Notes: generated by a model from the sequence alone, not told the origin. 64,000 bases of DNA from Myxococcales bacterium (GCA_047601445.1 JASGJH010000001.1:384001-448000); one strand, 5' to 3'. Numbered from the stretch's first letter, positions 12,097 through 23,578 are shown. Numbers and translations are program-made.

Positions 12097-12546
12097 ATGA
12101 GTAGTCCACGCATCAAGGGGCTTGCGCGTGTGCGGCGCGACGCCTTCGTTGCCAGTCATCCAGCTCGATTTCTCTCACGCGGCGCCGAGGAAGCACTGTT
12201 CCGTTCGGCCGAGGTCCTCAGCGAAGGCTCACAGCGGGTCCTCGCTGGCGGCGAGCAGCGCTACTTCGGCAGCACGATGATCACTTTCGATCTCGCGCGT
12301 TTAGCGGAGCACTGGCGCGGATCGTTCGAGGCCGACGAAGTCGCGCGTCTGGTGGAGGGGTCGGTGCGTATGCGCCTGCGAGCCACGCGGATGGCTTGCG
12401 CCGAGGTCGCGCGCAGGGTAACCGAGCGCCCCCTCGGATCGGCGATCGTGGAGACCAGAGTACGCGTGGCCGGAAACACCTTGCAGATGGACGTCGACCT
12501 CGAGGTGGGCGTCGGCGTATGCTCGCCGGCGCGGAGGGCGCCTTGA
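12097..12546 (+). CDS. Hypothetical protein
   Basis: 149 aa ORF divergent from the phosphoesterase. Its TGA overlaps the next gene's TTG start. Confidence 0.7.
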   Translation: MSSPRIKGLARVRRDAFVASHPARFLSRGAEEALFRSAEVLSEGSQRVLAGGEQRYFGSTMITFDLARLAEHWRGSFEADEVARLVEGSVRMRLRATRMACAEVARRVTERPLGSAIVETRVRVAGNTLQMDVDLEVGVGVCSPARRAP

Positions 12547-13541
12547 GCGGCGGTGACAACGTCATCCACGTTGCTTTTGGTCAAGGAGGCGGGCGAATCC
12601 AGGTTGTGCCTGGGTTGGGAGCCGGGCCGGAACCAGCGCGCGCTTCGGAAGAACGCGAAGACCCCTTGGCCGACCTCTATTCGGCCGGTGACGTGGCCCG
12701 CCTGTTCGCGGTCACTGCCAGCCGTCTGCGCTACTGGGATCGTACAGGCTTTCTCACACCTTCCGGGCGGCGCGGCCGCCGGCGCTACTACACCTTTCAG
12801 GACCTGATCGGCCTCAGGGCGGCCAAAGCCTTGCTCGACGCGGGCCTGCCCCTGCAGCGCGTGCGCAAGAGCGTGGAGTCCCTGCGCGGCCTCTTGCCCA
12901 AGGTGACACGGCCGCTCAACGAGCTGCGGGTACTCGCCGATGGCCAGAGCGTCCTGGTGCGCGATGCCCAGGGGCAATTCGATGCCCGCACCGGACAGGG
13001 ACTGCTCGACTTCGACGTGAGCGAGCTGCGCGACGACGTGGTTCGGGTGCTGCAGCGGCACGGCGAGTTGGCGGAAGACAAGCGTAGCGCCTACGAGCTG
13101 TACCTGGAGGGTTGTCGTCTGGACGAGGACGAAGCGACCTTCGAGCGCGCCGAGGAGATGTACCGCAAGGCACTCGAGCTCGATCCTGGGCTCGCGAACG
13201 CCCTGACCAACCTGGGCAATGTGCGCTTCCGTCGTGGTTACCCCGAGGAAGCCGAGCAGCACTATCGAAAAGCGCTCGCCATCGACGCCGATCAGCCCGA
13301 GGCCTACTACAACCTTGGCTTCCTGTACTACGAGCGGGGTGACGCCGAAGCCGCGGTGCCTTGCTTCCAGCGGGCCGTCGAGACCGACCCCGCATTTGCA
13401 GACGCGCACTTCAACTTGGCGATGGCGCTCGAAGACGTGGGCAAGCACATTCCCGCCAAGAAGCACTGGCAGATCTACCTGCAGATCGAGCCGCAAGGTG
13501 CGTGGGCCGAGGTGGCGCGCCGCCACCTGCGTAAGCCCTGA
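12543..13541 (+). CDS. MerR-family HTH protein with C-terminal TPRs
   Basis: YSAGDVARLFAVTASRLRYWDRTGFL...RRYYTFQDL, followed by canonical TPRs (ALTNLGNV, AYYNLGFL, AHFNLAMA). Confidence 0.88.
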   Translation: MSGGDNVIHVAFGQGGGRIQVVPGLGAGPEPARASEEREDPLADLYSAGDVARLFAVTASRLRYWDRTGFLTPSGRRGRRRYYTFQDLIGLRAAKALLDAGLPLQRVRKSVESLRGLLPKVTRPLNELRVLADGQSVLVRDAQGQFDARTGQGLLDFDVSELRDDVVRVLQRHGELAEDKRSAYELYLEGCRLDEDEATFERAEEMYRKALELDPGLANALTNLGNVRFRRGYPEEAEQHYRKALAIDADQPEAYYNLGFLYYERGDAEAAVPCFQRAVETDPAFADAHFNLAMALEDVGKHIPAKKHWQIYLQIEPQGAWAEVARRHLRKP

Positions 13542-13704
13542 AGGACCCCGCGCCGCACGGAGACGCGGTTGCCTGCAGTGCGCCAGGCGTGGGTGCGCTT
13601 CGGGCATGACGCACGGACCTGTGCCTTCGAGCCTGCATGAGCGCGCATCCGGGACCGGCTTCGCTGCGACTAGCGCAAAGCCGGGACCCAGGGGGTAGCG
13701 TGAC

Positions 13705-16700
13705 CTAGCCGCGGCGGGGGGGCGGCGGCATGCTCGGGCTCGGCCGAGCGGGAGGCGCGCTGCGTCCACCCGGCGGGGGCGGCACGCTGCGGCCGCTCGG
13801 GGGTGGCGGAGCGGGGGGCGGCACGCTCCGGCTACGCGCTGCGTTGGGTGGTGGTGGCGGCACGCGCGTGGGAGCGCGGGGCGGCGGTCGCGAGGCGCTC
13901 AGGTCGACCAACGAGCTAAGCGCGTCGAGGTCTGCGGGCGCTGGCACCACGACCTCCTCGGCGGACTCGAGCTCCATCGTGGCGTCCTCGAGTTCGACCT
14001 CTGCGTCTTCCTCTGCCTCCTCGCTCGTGCGCGCATCGAAGGATGCGAGCTCGAGGAGGAGCGCCGACGGTGCGGCCGCAGCGGCCCGCAGCGGGGCTTG
14101 AACCATGTCCCAGGGCGAGGGGGCGGCGAGTTCGTGGGGAGTCGACTCGATCGACGTCGGGCGGGAAGCGCGCTCCTCCCGGTCGGCGTCCGCTTCCTCC
14201 AGCTCCTGCACGATCGTCGCGTCGGTCAGGTCGGACGCTTCGGCGGCGATCAGCACTTCGTCCGCGGCGGGCGCTTCCTCCTCGGGCACGGCGGCCTCTG
14301 GAGCGTCGTCGCTGATGTCGTCGCTAACATCGTCGTCAACGGCGTCGTCTACTTCGGGGCTGGCAGCCGCAGCGTCCGCGTGCTCTGCGGGCGCGGCGGC
14401 GACTGGCTCCGCGGGCTCCTGCGCGTCTGCGTTCGGCTGCGCTTCCGTCGAAGATTCCACCTGGTCCCCGGGCGCATCGAACGCGGCCGCTGCTTCGGCC
14501 ATCAGGGACTCGGTCCTCGCGTGGGCGGCGGGCTCACCATCCTCGAAGCTCATGGCGCTCGGCGTCACGCTGGAGCCGGGCTCCGGCGAAGATTCCGAGC
14601 CCAATGCCGGCGGCGGCATCGAGGGATGCAGATCCTCGGGCAACACCACCACGTTGCTCTCGAGCAGGCTGGCCTCGTCGATGCTTGGACGTGCGTCGAG
14701 GCGCTCGATGGCGCTCGTCGCTTCCGCATCCTCGGGTGACAGCGCCAGCACCTTCTTCCAGGCGTCTCGCGCCTCGAAGCGATTTCGCAGGCCGAGTTCC
14801 CAGGCCGTGGCGGCCTCGCGCAAAAGCGCGAGGCGCTCCTCCGGCTCGGTGACCAAAAGCAGGTGCCGGTCGATGGCCGAGAGCAGCTCCTGGTGACGTC
14901 CGGCAGCGCCCAAGCAAGCGCGCAGGCGCTCCGAGGCGAACACGTCGCGCGGCCTCAGGGTCACCAGTTGTTTGTAGGCCTCGGCCGCCCGCTGCGGGGA
15001 CTCCAGGGGTCCCTCGAGGAGCACGCCCAAGCGCCGCAAGATGGCGCTGGCGGTGGCCGAATCGATCGCGTCATCAGCGATTTGCTGTAGGTGCGCGGCG
15101 AGCGCCGGCAGCTTATTCGCGCGCAATGCGACCTGCTCCAGCGCGTCGAGCACGCCTTCCGCGTTGGGCGCGAGTGCGGAGGCGCGTTCGAGGGTGCGGA
15201 ACGCGGCTTCGATGTCGTCGAGGGAGCCGTCCAAGATCTTGGCAGCGCGCAGCGAGAGGAGGGCCACCACCTTGTCGTCGCGCCGCATCTCTTCGACGCG
15301 CGTGCGGTAGGCCTCAGCCACCGCGAAGGTCAGGCCTCGCCCATCGAGCGGCGTCTCGGCATGGTCCAAACTGCTGGCCCGCGCCTCGATACGATCGAGC
15401 AAGCTCGCATCCTGGCCTGCCATGGTGACTGCTCGCACCAAGTAGCCAATGGCCTTGGGCGGCTCTTCCATCACCTGTTGCGCGATCGAGCAGGCCTCGA
15501 GTAGGGCGTCGAGCTTCTCGGCCCCGGAGGCGCCGGAAGCCGCGCGCTTCTCGTGCAGGGCGAGCAGCGCGTCGCCACGTCCGGCGAGCGCAGCAAGGCG
15601 GCGTGCTTCGGCGTAGGTTTCCGCCGCGCTCGGGTCGAGTTGGAAAGCCAGCGAGACCCGCTCGAACGCGCCGTTCTCGTCGGCCGCGTTGTTCTCCAGC
15701 AAGGCAGCGTGACGCATCAGGATGCGCACGCGACCTTCGACGGTCTCGGCGCGTCGCACGAGCGCGTCGTAAACCTGATGCAAGCGCGCCCAGGCCGCGG
15801 CGAGCTGAGTCAGGCGTTCGGCTTCGTCCAACAGGGTGGGGTTGTCGAGATCCTTCGCGAAGGCACGCAGGGTCGCTTCGAGCGCCTTGTCATAAGACCC
15901 GAGCATCACCTCATAGGTCTCGGACGCGTCCATCCAGCGCTGCTTCTCGCGCTTGGGATCGGACGCGCGCTGCGCCAGCCCCACGTACAGCTCGGCGAGC
16001 TGCTCTCCACGTTGGGAGAGCTCGGCCAGCTCACGCAGCTGCACTTCTGCAGCTTCATCATTGGCCTCGGTCACGCGCGGCAAGAGGCGGTTCCAGGCGC
16101 CCTGATAGTCCGTGAGCTCGACGGCCACGCGCGCTGCGCGCAGCGTGAAGTCGCTGATCTCGTCGTCGGCCATGGCCAGCGAGGTCAGCTTGTCGAAGGC
16201 CGTCAGTAGCTCGCGTCGGCGTTCGAGCTTGGTGAGCAGCGGGATGCTGCGCAGGTAGGGCTTGGGGGCGGACGCGTCGAGGCGGGCCCAGCTGGCGAGC
16301 ACGCGCAGTGCCGACTCCGGATCCCCGAGCTCCTCGTAGCTATCGGCGAGGCCCAAGGCGAGCTCTGCCCGCGCGTCCGCCGTGTCCAAGAGCGGCAAGA
16401 GCCGCTCCTGCGTCTTGGCGGCGCGCACGCGATCGCCGGTCTCACTCGAAAGGGCGATCAGTCGCCGCAGCACGGCGAGATCCTTGGGGGCAATCTGGTC
16501 GAGCACACGCTCGAACTCGAGCTTCGCCGCTTCCTTGTCTTCGAGGCGACCTGCCAGGAGCTCCGCGCGCTCTACGCGCAGGTGGCGGGCCTGCTCGGGG
16601 CTCGCCGTGGCAGCCAGCTGATCCAGCCGCTCCGCCAGATCGCGATAGCGCTCTCCTCGCCGCAGCAGGTCCACCACGATGGCGAGCACGCCGGCGTCTT

Positions 16701-19700
16701 GGTTGTGCTCGAGGAAGGCCTCGTAAGCTTCGAGGGCACCCTCGTGATCGCTCGCCTTGGAACGCAGCTCCGCGACCTCGCGCGTGAGCGGCCCATGGAC
16801 GGCGCGGTTTTCGGGCGCTTTCGACGCGTCCCACAGCAGCTCGCTGAAGTCGCCTTCGCGCTGAGCGTCGCGGTAGAGCTCCTGCACGCGCGGCCAGAGT
16901 GCTCGGTTTGCCGGGTCCACCTCGAAGGCGCGCCGCGCCGAATCCAGGGCGCGCGGGATGTCGTGCAGGTGCTCCAGCGCCAGCTCCGCGATGCGCAGCA
17001 GGGCGTCGGGCAGCGCGGCCTTGGACGTTGCGGCCAGACGCGTCTCGAGGGTTCCGAGCAAGCGGTCGAAGCGCTGGCAGCGGGTATCGATGCGCTCGAG
17101 ACGATCGAGTGCCCCCGTATCGAGGGGCCTGAGCGCGAGCAGCATCTCGCTGGTCTCGTAGGCGCGCTCGAGAATCACTCAACTTGTCTTCGTAGAGCTC
17201 CGACAGGGTGGTCAAGAGCGCGCTGCGCGTCTCGTGCTCGTCGGTGCGGACCAGCTGCGCCTCGAGGGCCTTGGCCGCCTCGGCGAGCTGATTGGTCTGC
17301 AGGTAGAGCTGCCCGAGGATCACGTCGTCCGCGGGGATCGGCTGAAGGGACTGAGCTTCGCGATAGGTCTCGATGGCACGCTCGGGGGCCTCGAGCTTCT
17401 CGCGGTGCAGGGCGCCCAGCTCGCGCAGCAAGGCGGAGCGCTGCCCGGCGTCGCCGGTCAGTGCGACGCGCGCCTGCAGCAGTTCGCTCAAATCGTCCCA
17501 ACGCGCCGTGCGCGTGTAGCCGGCGCGCAGCTTGGTGACCGTCGCTTCGTCGGACGGTTCGAGCGCCAAGACGGCCTGCAGGGCGCTGAAGGCGCCGGGC
17601 GGATCGCCGAGTTTCTCCTCGCTCAGCGTGGCGGCTTCTCGCAGGTACTGCAGACGCAGCTCGCTCGTGAGACTCGGCTCATTGCCGAGCTTTGCGGTCA
17701 GGTCGCGCAAACGTCGGTAATCCCGGGCCGCACGCAGGTGATCCTGGAGCGCCTTGAGTGCGTCGGGATCCGTGGGCTCGCGCGTGAGGATGGCCTCGGC
17801 GATCTCGGCTGCACCGCGTCGATCCTTGAACTTGAGGCGACGCTCGAGTTCGTTGCGCAGCTTGGTGAGCTCGTCCAGAGGCGCTTGCGGAATCGCCGTG
17901 GGGGGCTCGGACACGGACGCGCGTTCGGCACCGGGGTTGGCCGACGGACGCTCCGAGCGCGCCGCTGGGCGCTCCGACCGCGGGGACGGACGCTCCGAGC
18001 GAGCTGCCGGTGGGCGCTCCGAATGGGGCATGCGGATCGGCACGTGTGGCGTGCGCTCCAGTACCTCGGATTCGGGGCCGTCTGCGCGCGCGGCCGCGGG
18101 GATGTCCACGAACGTGCGCGGCTGCGTAACCTCGCCACCGATTTCGGTCTCACCGTTGTCTCGGTCGTCGTCGTCCGGCAGCGCGTCCAGGGCCGCTTGC
18201 ACCGCCAGGCGCGCCGAGGCCTTCGCGTCTTCCGCCGCCGTCACGCTGCGCTCGCTGCTAGCAGGCGAGCTCGCCTCGACTTGCTGCGCGGCCACCGGGG
18301 GCTCTTCGTCGATGTCGCCTTCGCCGATCTCCTCGTCGTCGTCGGCTTCCTCGCCCAGCTCATGCTCGTCGAGCTCTTCGGCGACTTCATCTTCGGCGAC
18401 TTCGTCGGCTTCCTCGTCTTCGTCTTCGTCTTCGTCGAGCTGGTGGGCCGCGGCTTCCTCTTCGTCGCCCTCGAGCTCAGCGGCCAGCGGCGAGATCTCC
18501 TCTGGGGTCCGCACCGCTGCGTTCGCCGCGCCGCCCGTCAACTCGACGCGCGCAGCCAAGGATTCATCTGGATGCGCTTCGACGGTCTCGAGCTTGGCCA
18601 GATCATCCAGCGAGGTGGTGATGGTCGTGGGCTCGGGCTCGTCGCTCGCGGCGACCGGCGCCGGTTCTTCGACGATGGTCGCGTCGGACCGCGCGAGCAG
18701 CGCCAAATCGTCGATGACCGAACCCGCGATCGCCTTCTTCGCCGACTGCTTGACCGGCTGGGTGGCCTCGGCCTCGGCTTTTGCCTTCGGCCGCTTGTCA
18801 CGCGCAGGCCCCTGCGTGATGGGGCCAGTGTCGTCTTCACGCTTGACGACAGCAGGATCGAGCAAGGTGACTTCTTCCTTGTCGTCCTCTGTAGCCGCCG
18901 ACGCAGGCGCAAAGGGCGGCGCAGGCGGGGCAATGGAACGCGTGGGCTGCTGTGCCTTGCCCAGGATGGCCTGAGCTTCAGCGTCGTTCTTCTCGAGGAG
19001 GGGCGCCAAGCAGGCCTTGGCGTCCGCGTCTTGGCCCGCCTTCTTGTAGGCGCGCGCCAACTTCAGCCGCAGCTCGCGCGTCTCCGGCGCGTTGGGAGCA
19101 GCCTGAATCGCCGCCACCCAGCGGGCAGCGCAGACTTCCTTGCGTCCGATGCGCGGCGCCACCGTATCGAGTAGCGCCAGGCTGCGTGCGTGCTCGGGGA
19201 CCGCGTCCAGCGCGGCTTCCAGATACGCCAACGCGTAATCGTCCGACACGGCTTGAGCCATCGCACAAAGCACGTCCGCGGCCTCGCGGCGCTGTTGCCC
19301 CGCGCGCTTGGGGTCGCCCTCGGCGTCGGCCAGGTCCAGCAACACCGTGGCCAACTGGTGGCGCACGTGCAGATCGTTCGGTGCCAGCTCGGACGCCTCG
19401 CGCAGGGCTTCGAGGGCCGCACGGCGCTCGTTGAGCCGCTCGCTATAAACTGACGCCAGCTCGGCCAGCAAGGCCACGCGCTTCTGGCCCTTGGGCAACG
19501 AGTCGGCCTCGCGCGAGAGCAGCTTGGCGACCTGATCCCAGCGTCCGGCCTCGGTGTAGATCGCACGGGCTGCCGTCATGGCAGCGCGCTGCGCGGCGTC
19601 GAAGTCGATGGCCGCGCGGTAGTGCGCCAACGCGCGATCGGAGCGGCGCAGTTCGTCGCGCCACAGGTTGCCTAAGCGAAAGTGAAGCTCCCCAATCTCG

Positions 19701-19870
19701 GCCGGATCTTCTTCGGCTTCCGTGAGCGCGCGGGTATGCAACTCCAGGGCCTCGGCCCAGGTGGCAAAGTCGGCCCGGTCATCGCAATACTCGCGCACCG
19801 CCTCCAAGGCGTCCGTGTCGAGCGGGCTTTGGCGCAGTCGCGCCATTAAATTGGTAGCCGTTGCGTCCAT
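13705..19870 (-). CDS. Giant TPR-solenoid protein (about 2054 aa if joined) with acidic and Pro-rich disordered regions; frameshift at about 17173
   Basis: ORFs 16442..19870 and 13705..17178 join as YEDKLSD-LERAYE when one A at 17173/17174 is removed. TPR helices throughout. Confidence 0.85.
17944..18023 (-). repeat. Coding tandem repeat (R/H)SERP x4
   Basis: GCTCCGA on the + strand at 17950, 17971, 17992 and 18016 (spacing 21/21/24). Confidence 0.85.
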
Positions 19871-20059
19871 CGAGAGGCGCGCACGTTACCACCCGAACCT
19901 ACCTTCTGAGAACAGCTAAAAAGGAACGGCTCGAACAACGAAAAAACGAGCGATCTCGCGGTCATGCGAAGTGTGCACGCTCACGAAACCCCTGTCTCGC
20001 GAAGACGGGGCGGGCGTGAACGTCGAGCCAGACGGCGCCCGTTGGGGCCCCTCAGGAGC

Positions 20060-20539
20060 TCACTCGCGCAGCTGACCTGTAGGACTCGGTTCCGAGTGGA
20101 ACGTGTGTCCCTCGATGGGCTTACGCCCCCGGAAGCCGGCCGAGTTGGTGTGGAAGTATCGAATCTCGCTCTCGCCCAGGCGCCAGCACAGAAGGACCTC
20201 GGTGCGACCGTCGAGCAGCGAGGGGAAGTCGAGCAACCCCATGCTGAGGTCCTTGACCTCCACACCGAGACCCTCGAGTACCTTCAGTTCCTGAGACAGC
20301 GTCTCGTAAAGGGACGCCGCGAGGACCCGAGTCTTCTCGGCATCGGGTGCCTGCCACGCGGCCACCACGGGATCCGCCAACCACGGCGTGCCGGGCGGGG
20401 TAGGGGTCTTGCCGCCATCTGCATTCGAGCGCAGGTGGGCACTGAGCTGCATCATGCGCTCGACGCGCGGGCGAAGCCGCGGAATCAGCGCGTTTGCCTG
20501 CGTGAGCGTGAAGTATCGCTTGCGCACGAGGGTCGGCAT
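20060..20539 (-). CDS. DUF2203 family protein
   Basis: FTLTQANALIP...GVEVKDLSMGLLDFPS...LLCWRLGE..IRYFH..AGFRGRKPI. Confidence 0.88.
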   Translation of the reverse strand: MPTLVRKRYFTLTQANALIPRLRPRVERMMQLSAHLRSNADGGKTPTPPGTPWLADPVVAAWQAPDAEKTRVLAASLYETLSQELKVLEGLGVEVKDLSMGLLDFPSLLDGRTEVLLCWRLGESEIRYFHTNSAGFRGRKPIEGHTFHSEPSPTGQLRE

Positions 20540-20630
20540 ACCCGCTCTGCGCGCAAAGGGCAATGATTTGCGCGCGACACGGGGCCCGGGAGGCTGCCAG
20601 AGCCGTGCATCGGCGCTACCTTTTTTCGAG

Positions 20631-21212
20631 ATGACCGAGCCCGACCCGATCGTCCGCTTCAACGAGAGCTTCGCGCGCGCCGCCCAGAGCGAGCCCTTCG
20701 CTGCCGAACGCGTGGCCCTGGCCACCGCCGACGCAGCAGGGCACCCATCGGTGCGCTTCGTCTTGCTGAAAGGCGCCGACCCGCGTGGCTTCGTGTTCTT
20801 CACCAACTTCGAAAGCCGCAAGGGGCGCGAGCTGCGCGACAACCCCCGAGCCGCACTGGCCTTTCACTGGTCGACGACGGGAGAGCAGGTGCGCGTGGAG
20901 GGCCGGGTGGAGCGCGTCGCCGCCGAGGAAGCGGATGCTTACTTCGCCTCACGCCCGCGCGGCAGCCAGCTCGGTGCTTGGGCAAGCCGGCAGAGCCAGC
21001 CCATCGGGTCACGCGAGGAGCTCGAGCGGCGGGTGGCAGCGCTGGACCAGCAGTACGCGGGGCGCGCCGTGCCGCGGCCGGAGTTTTGGGGTGGTTTTCG
21101 CGTCGTTCCCTCGGAGATCGAGTTCTGGCACGATCGAAGCGATCGACTTCACGATCGCGCGCTCTACAGGCGCACGCCGAGCGGCTGGGCGCTCACTCGT
21201 CTGTCTCCCTGA
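20631..21212 (+). CDS. pdxH: Pyridoxamine 5'-phosphate oxidase
   Basis: Motifs PSVRFVLLK, FFTNFESRKG, YFASRPRGSQLGAWAS and IEFW...RLHDR. Confidence 0.96.
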   Translation: MTEPDPIVRFNESFARAAQSEPFAAERVALATADAAGHPSVRFVLLKGADPRGFVFFTNFESRKGRELRDNPRAALAFHWSTTGEQVRVEGRVERVAAEEADAYFASRPRGSQLGAWASRQSQPIGSREELERRVAALDQQYAGRAVPRPEFWGGFRVVPSEIEFWHDRSDRLHDRALYRRTPSGWALTRLSP

Positions 21213-21221
21213 ACAACACGT

Positions 21222-23159
21222 ATGAAGCTGCTCGAATCGGTGCTGCGCCTCGACCCGGAACGCCTCGAAGCGTTGGCGGCGCGTTGGCACATCGTGCTCG
21301 ATCCCAAGAAGCGCCTCACCATGGCCGAACAGGTCGCACGCGGCCTGGTGCTGGTGCCGCGCTGGCTCGAGCCTGGGCGCTTGAGCGAAGGCGCGCGTGA
21401 GGCCGTCCGCTTGCTCGCGGCGGCGCCACGTGGGCTGAGTGAGGATTCCCTGCCGGGCGGTCTGCGGGATTTGCTCGAAGAAGGCTTCCTGTTTCGTGAT
21501 GCGGCCCGGCCCGAGCGGATCTGCATGCCCTCCGCCTACCGCTTGCAGCTTCCGGCATCCCCCTCCGACAGCCCGCGCGCATCGCGGCTGCTCCTGCAGG
21601 GCATCACGGAGGAAGCACGGCGCGAGCTCTGTCATCACCACCTCAAGCGTGTTCCGCCGCTACCGTGGCCCATGTTGCTCGAGCCGGTGCTGGAGCGGCT
21701 CGAAGACGCCGAATGGATCAAGCACGAGATCGCGAGCGCCAGCGAGGGCGAGCGCGCGCTCTTGTGGGCCATCGATGCCTTGGGCGGCGAGGTCAGCGGC
21801 GAGGAGGTGCTCGAGCTCGAGCGTGAGCCGGTGCGCATCGCCCATGGTGGCAGCGTCCAGGTCCCGCGCCGCAGCGCGATCTACGGGTTGGCCCGGCGTG
21901 GACTGGTGCTCACGCGCAAAGAGGGCTGGGTGGTGCCCGACGAGGTGGAGCGCGTGGTCGGGCGGGAGCGCCGCAAGCGCGCGGGCATCGAGCGTCAACG
22001 CCTGCTGATGAGTCGCCACACGCAGGAGCTGACGCCGGCGCGCGCCGTGCTGGCGGAGCCCGCGGGGCCCCTGGCGGTGGCCTTGATGGCGAACCTGGCC
22101 TCGGCCTCGGAGCTGCCCAGCGAGGGGCGCGGGCTTTCCAAGGGGGCCGTGCGGCGCGCCGCCCACGACTTCCATGTGGACTCGGAGCGCGCGGAGCTGC
22201 TCCTGTGCTTGGCTCGTGCGGACGGGCTCTTCAGCGCCCGCACCAGCATCCGCTCGGCGTCGGAGCGGCTAGCCAACGCCTGGCGCCGCGGAGGGGCCTG
22301 GGACGAAGCAGCGCTCGAGCCGGACCTGTTTCGGCCCGGGCAGCGTGCCACCTGTCGCGCGACCTCGTTGATTCGCGAAGCTCTGCTCGACACGCTGCTG
22401 CTGGTCGCGCCCGGTGAGTTCGCCCTCAGCTCGGACATCGAGGCCGTCACCTGCGCCGACCGTCGGGCACTCTCGGCGCAACGCGCCCTGGCACTCGCGG
22501 CGCGCACCGGCCAGGAGATGCGTGACGGCGTGCTGGACGTCGTGCGCGTGCTGCTGGAGCGCTCGCTGCTCTGGCTCGGTTTGGTGGACCGCGGCCAGGT
22601 GGAGCAGGGCCCGGTGGTGCGCCTGTCGACGGACGCCAGGCGCTGGCTCGAACGGGCGCCGGGCGGGCAGGAATCACGGGATGAGGCACCCGAGGGCCAC
22701 GCCGAATTTCGCGACGACCTACGCTTGGTCGCGGGCTTCTCTTGCGACGTGGGGGCGCTCATCGAGACGGCTCGCTACGGCAGCGTATGGCTCGAGGAGC
22801 GCGGCATCGGGATCGCGTTCGGAGAGTCGTCGCTCGCGCACGCAGCCGACCATGATCCTGATTTGGCAGGCTTGCGCGCGGGCCTCGAAGCGCTCGGAGC
22901 GCAGAACTTGCCGGCCAAGCTTTCGGCGTCGATCCAACACGCGAGCGAACAACGGCCCATGTGCACCTTCATTCGCGCCTCTGCGTTCGTCGAAATTGAC
23001 GACCCTGCATTGCGCGATGCGGTCTACCAAGATCCAGACGGTGCTGGCTTGTGGGCTGGATCACCTCTGGCCAACGGATTGCTCGTAAAACCCGGGGCCA
23101 GCGCGAGTCGCGTCCATGAGCTTCTCACTCGGCATGGTGCGCGGCTTTACACCGATTAG
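21222..23159 (+). CDS. Hypothetical protein resembling XPB 'helicase-associated domain' (Helicase_C_3-like) proteins
   Basis: 645 aa with wHTH-like segments. C-terminal FGESSLAHAA...LEALGAQNLPAKLSASI...VEIDDPAL pattern. No Walker motifs. Confidence 0.6.
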   Translation: MKLLESVLRLDPERLEALAARWHIVLDPKKRLTMAEQVARGLVLVPRWLEPGRLSEGAREAVRLLAAAPRGLSEDSLPGGLRDLLEEGFLFRDAARPERICMPSAYRLQLPASPSDSPRASRLLLQGITEEARRELCHHHLKRVPPLPWPMLLEPVLERLEDAEWIKHEIASASEGERALLWAIDALGGEVSGEEVLELEREPVRIAHGGSVQVPRRSAIYGLARRGLVLTRKEGWVVPDEVERVVGRERRKRAGIERQRLLMSRHTQELTPARAVLAEPAGPLAVALMANLASASELPSEGRGLSKGAVRRAAHDFHVDSERAELLLCLARADGLFSARTSIRSASERLANAWRRGGAWDEAALEPDLFRPGQRATCRATSLIREALLDTLLLVAPGEFALSSDIEAVTCADRRALSAQRALALAARTGQEMRDGVLDVVRVLLERSLLWLGLVDRGQVEQGPVVRLSTDARRWLERAPGGQESRDEAPEGHAEFRDDLRLVAGFSCDVGALIETARYGSVWLEERGIGIAFGESSLAHAADHDPDLAGLRAGLEALGAQNLPAKLSASIQHASEQRPMCTFIRASAFVEIDDPALRDAVYQDPDGAGLWAGSPLANGLLVKPGASASRVHELLTRHGARLYTD

Positions 23160-23205
23160 GGAGCCTATCCCCCCGAACACACTGCCACGAACCCGCACGG
23201 GCCTG

Positions 23206-23233
23206 TTGACTCAAACGGGCTTTTGCATACCCT
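23206..23233 (+). promoter_or_regulatory. Putative sigma70 promoter of the first csp gene
   Basis: TTGACT-N16-TACCCT, about 40 nt upstream of the ATG. Confidence 0.45.
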
Positions 23234-23272
23234 GGCTTTGGCCCCAGGGGGGCAGTTTAGTGGGAGGGGAAC

Positions 23273-23479
23273 ATGGCCGTAGGCACTGTGAAGTGGTTCA
23301 ACGACTCGAAGGGTTTTGGCTTCATCAAGCTCGAGTCGGACGCGTCGGACGTCTTCGTTCACTACAGTCAGATTCAGGGCGATGGGTTCCGGACGCTGGA
23401 GGAGGGGCAGAGCGTCGAGTTCGAGCTCCGCGATGGACCCAAGGGCCGCTTCGCGCAGGCTGTCACCAAGCTCTCTTGA
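23273..23479 (+). CDS. csp: Cold-shock protein (CspA family)
   Basis: GTVKWFN, KGFGFI (RNP1), DVFVHYS (RNP2); GGAGG SD. Confidence 0.97.
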   Translation: MAVGTVKWFNDSKGFGFIKLESDASDVFVHYSQIQGDGFRTLEEGQSVEFELRDGPKGRFAQAVTKLS

Positions 23480-23543
23480 GCTGAGTACCGGCTCTTCGAC
23501 CCAACCAGGCGGGTAGTGCCACCGCCTGGGTCGAGCAACAAGA

Positions 23544-23578
23544 AAGGCCGCGCTCATCGAGCGCGGCCTTCTTCGTTT
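23544..23578. terminator. Bidirectional intrinsic terminator between convergent csp and panD
   Basis: AAGGCCGCGCTC-ATC-GAGCGCGGCCTT 12-bp stem, A-rich on the left and T-rich on the right. Confidence 0.85.

Noticed and set aside
8255..17180. Programmed ribosomal frameshifting at the split genes
   Set aside because: No slippery heptamer or stimulatory structure at the junctions; single-base errors are the simpler explanation.
18300..18470. Low-complexity TCG/TCT-rich tract as a non-coding repeat
   Set aside because: It encodes the Asp/Glu-rich linker of the giant TPR protein on the minus strand.
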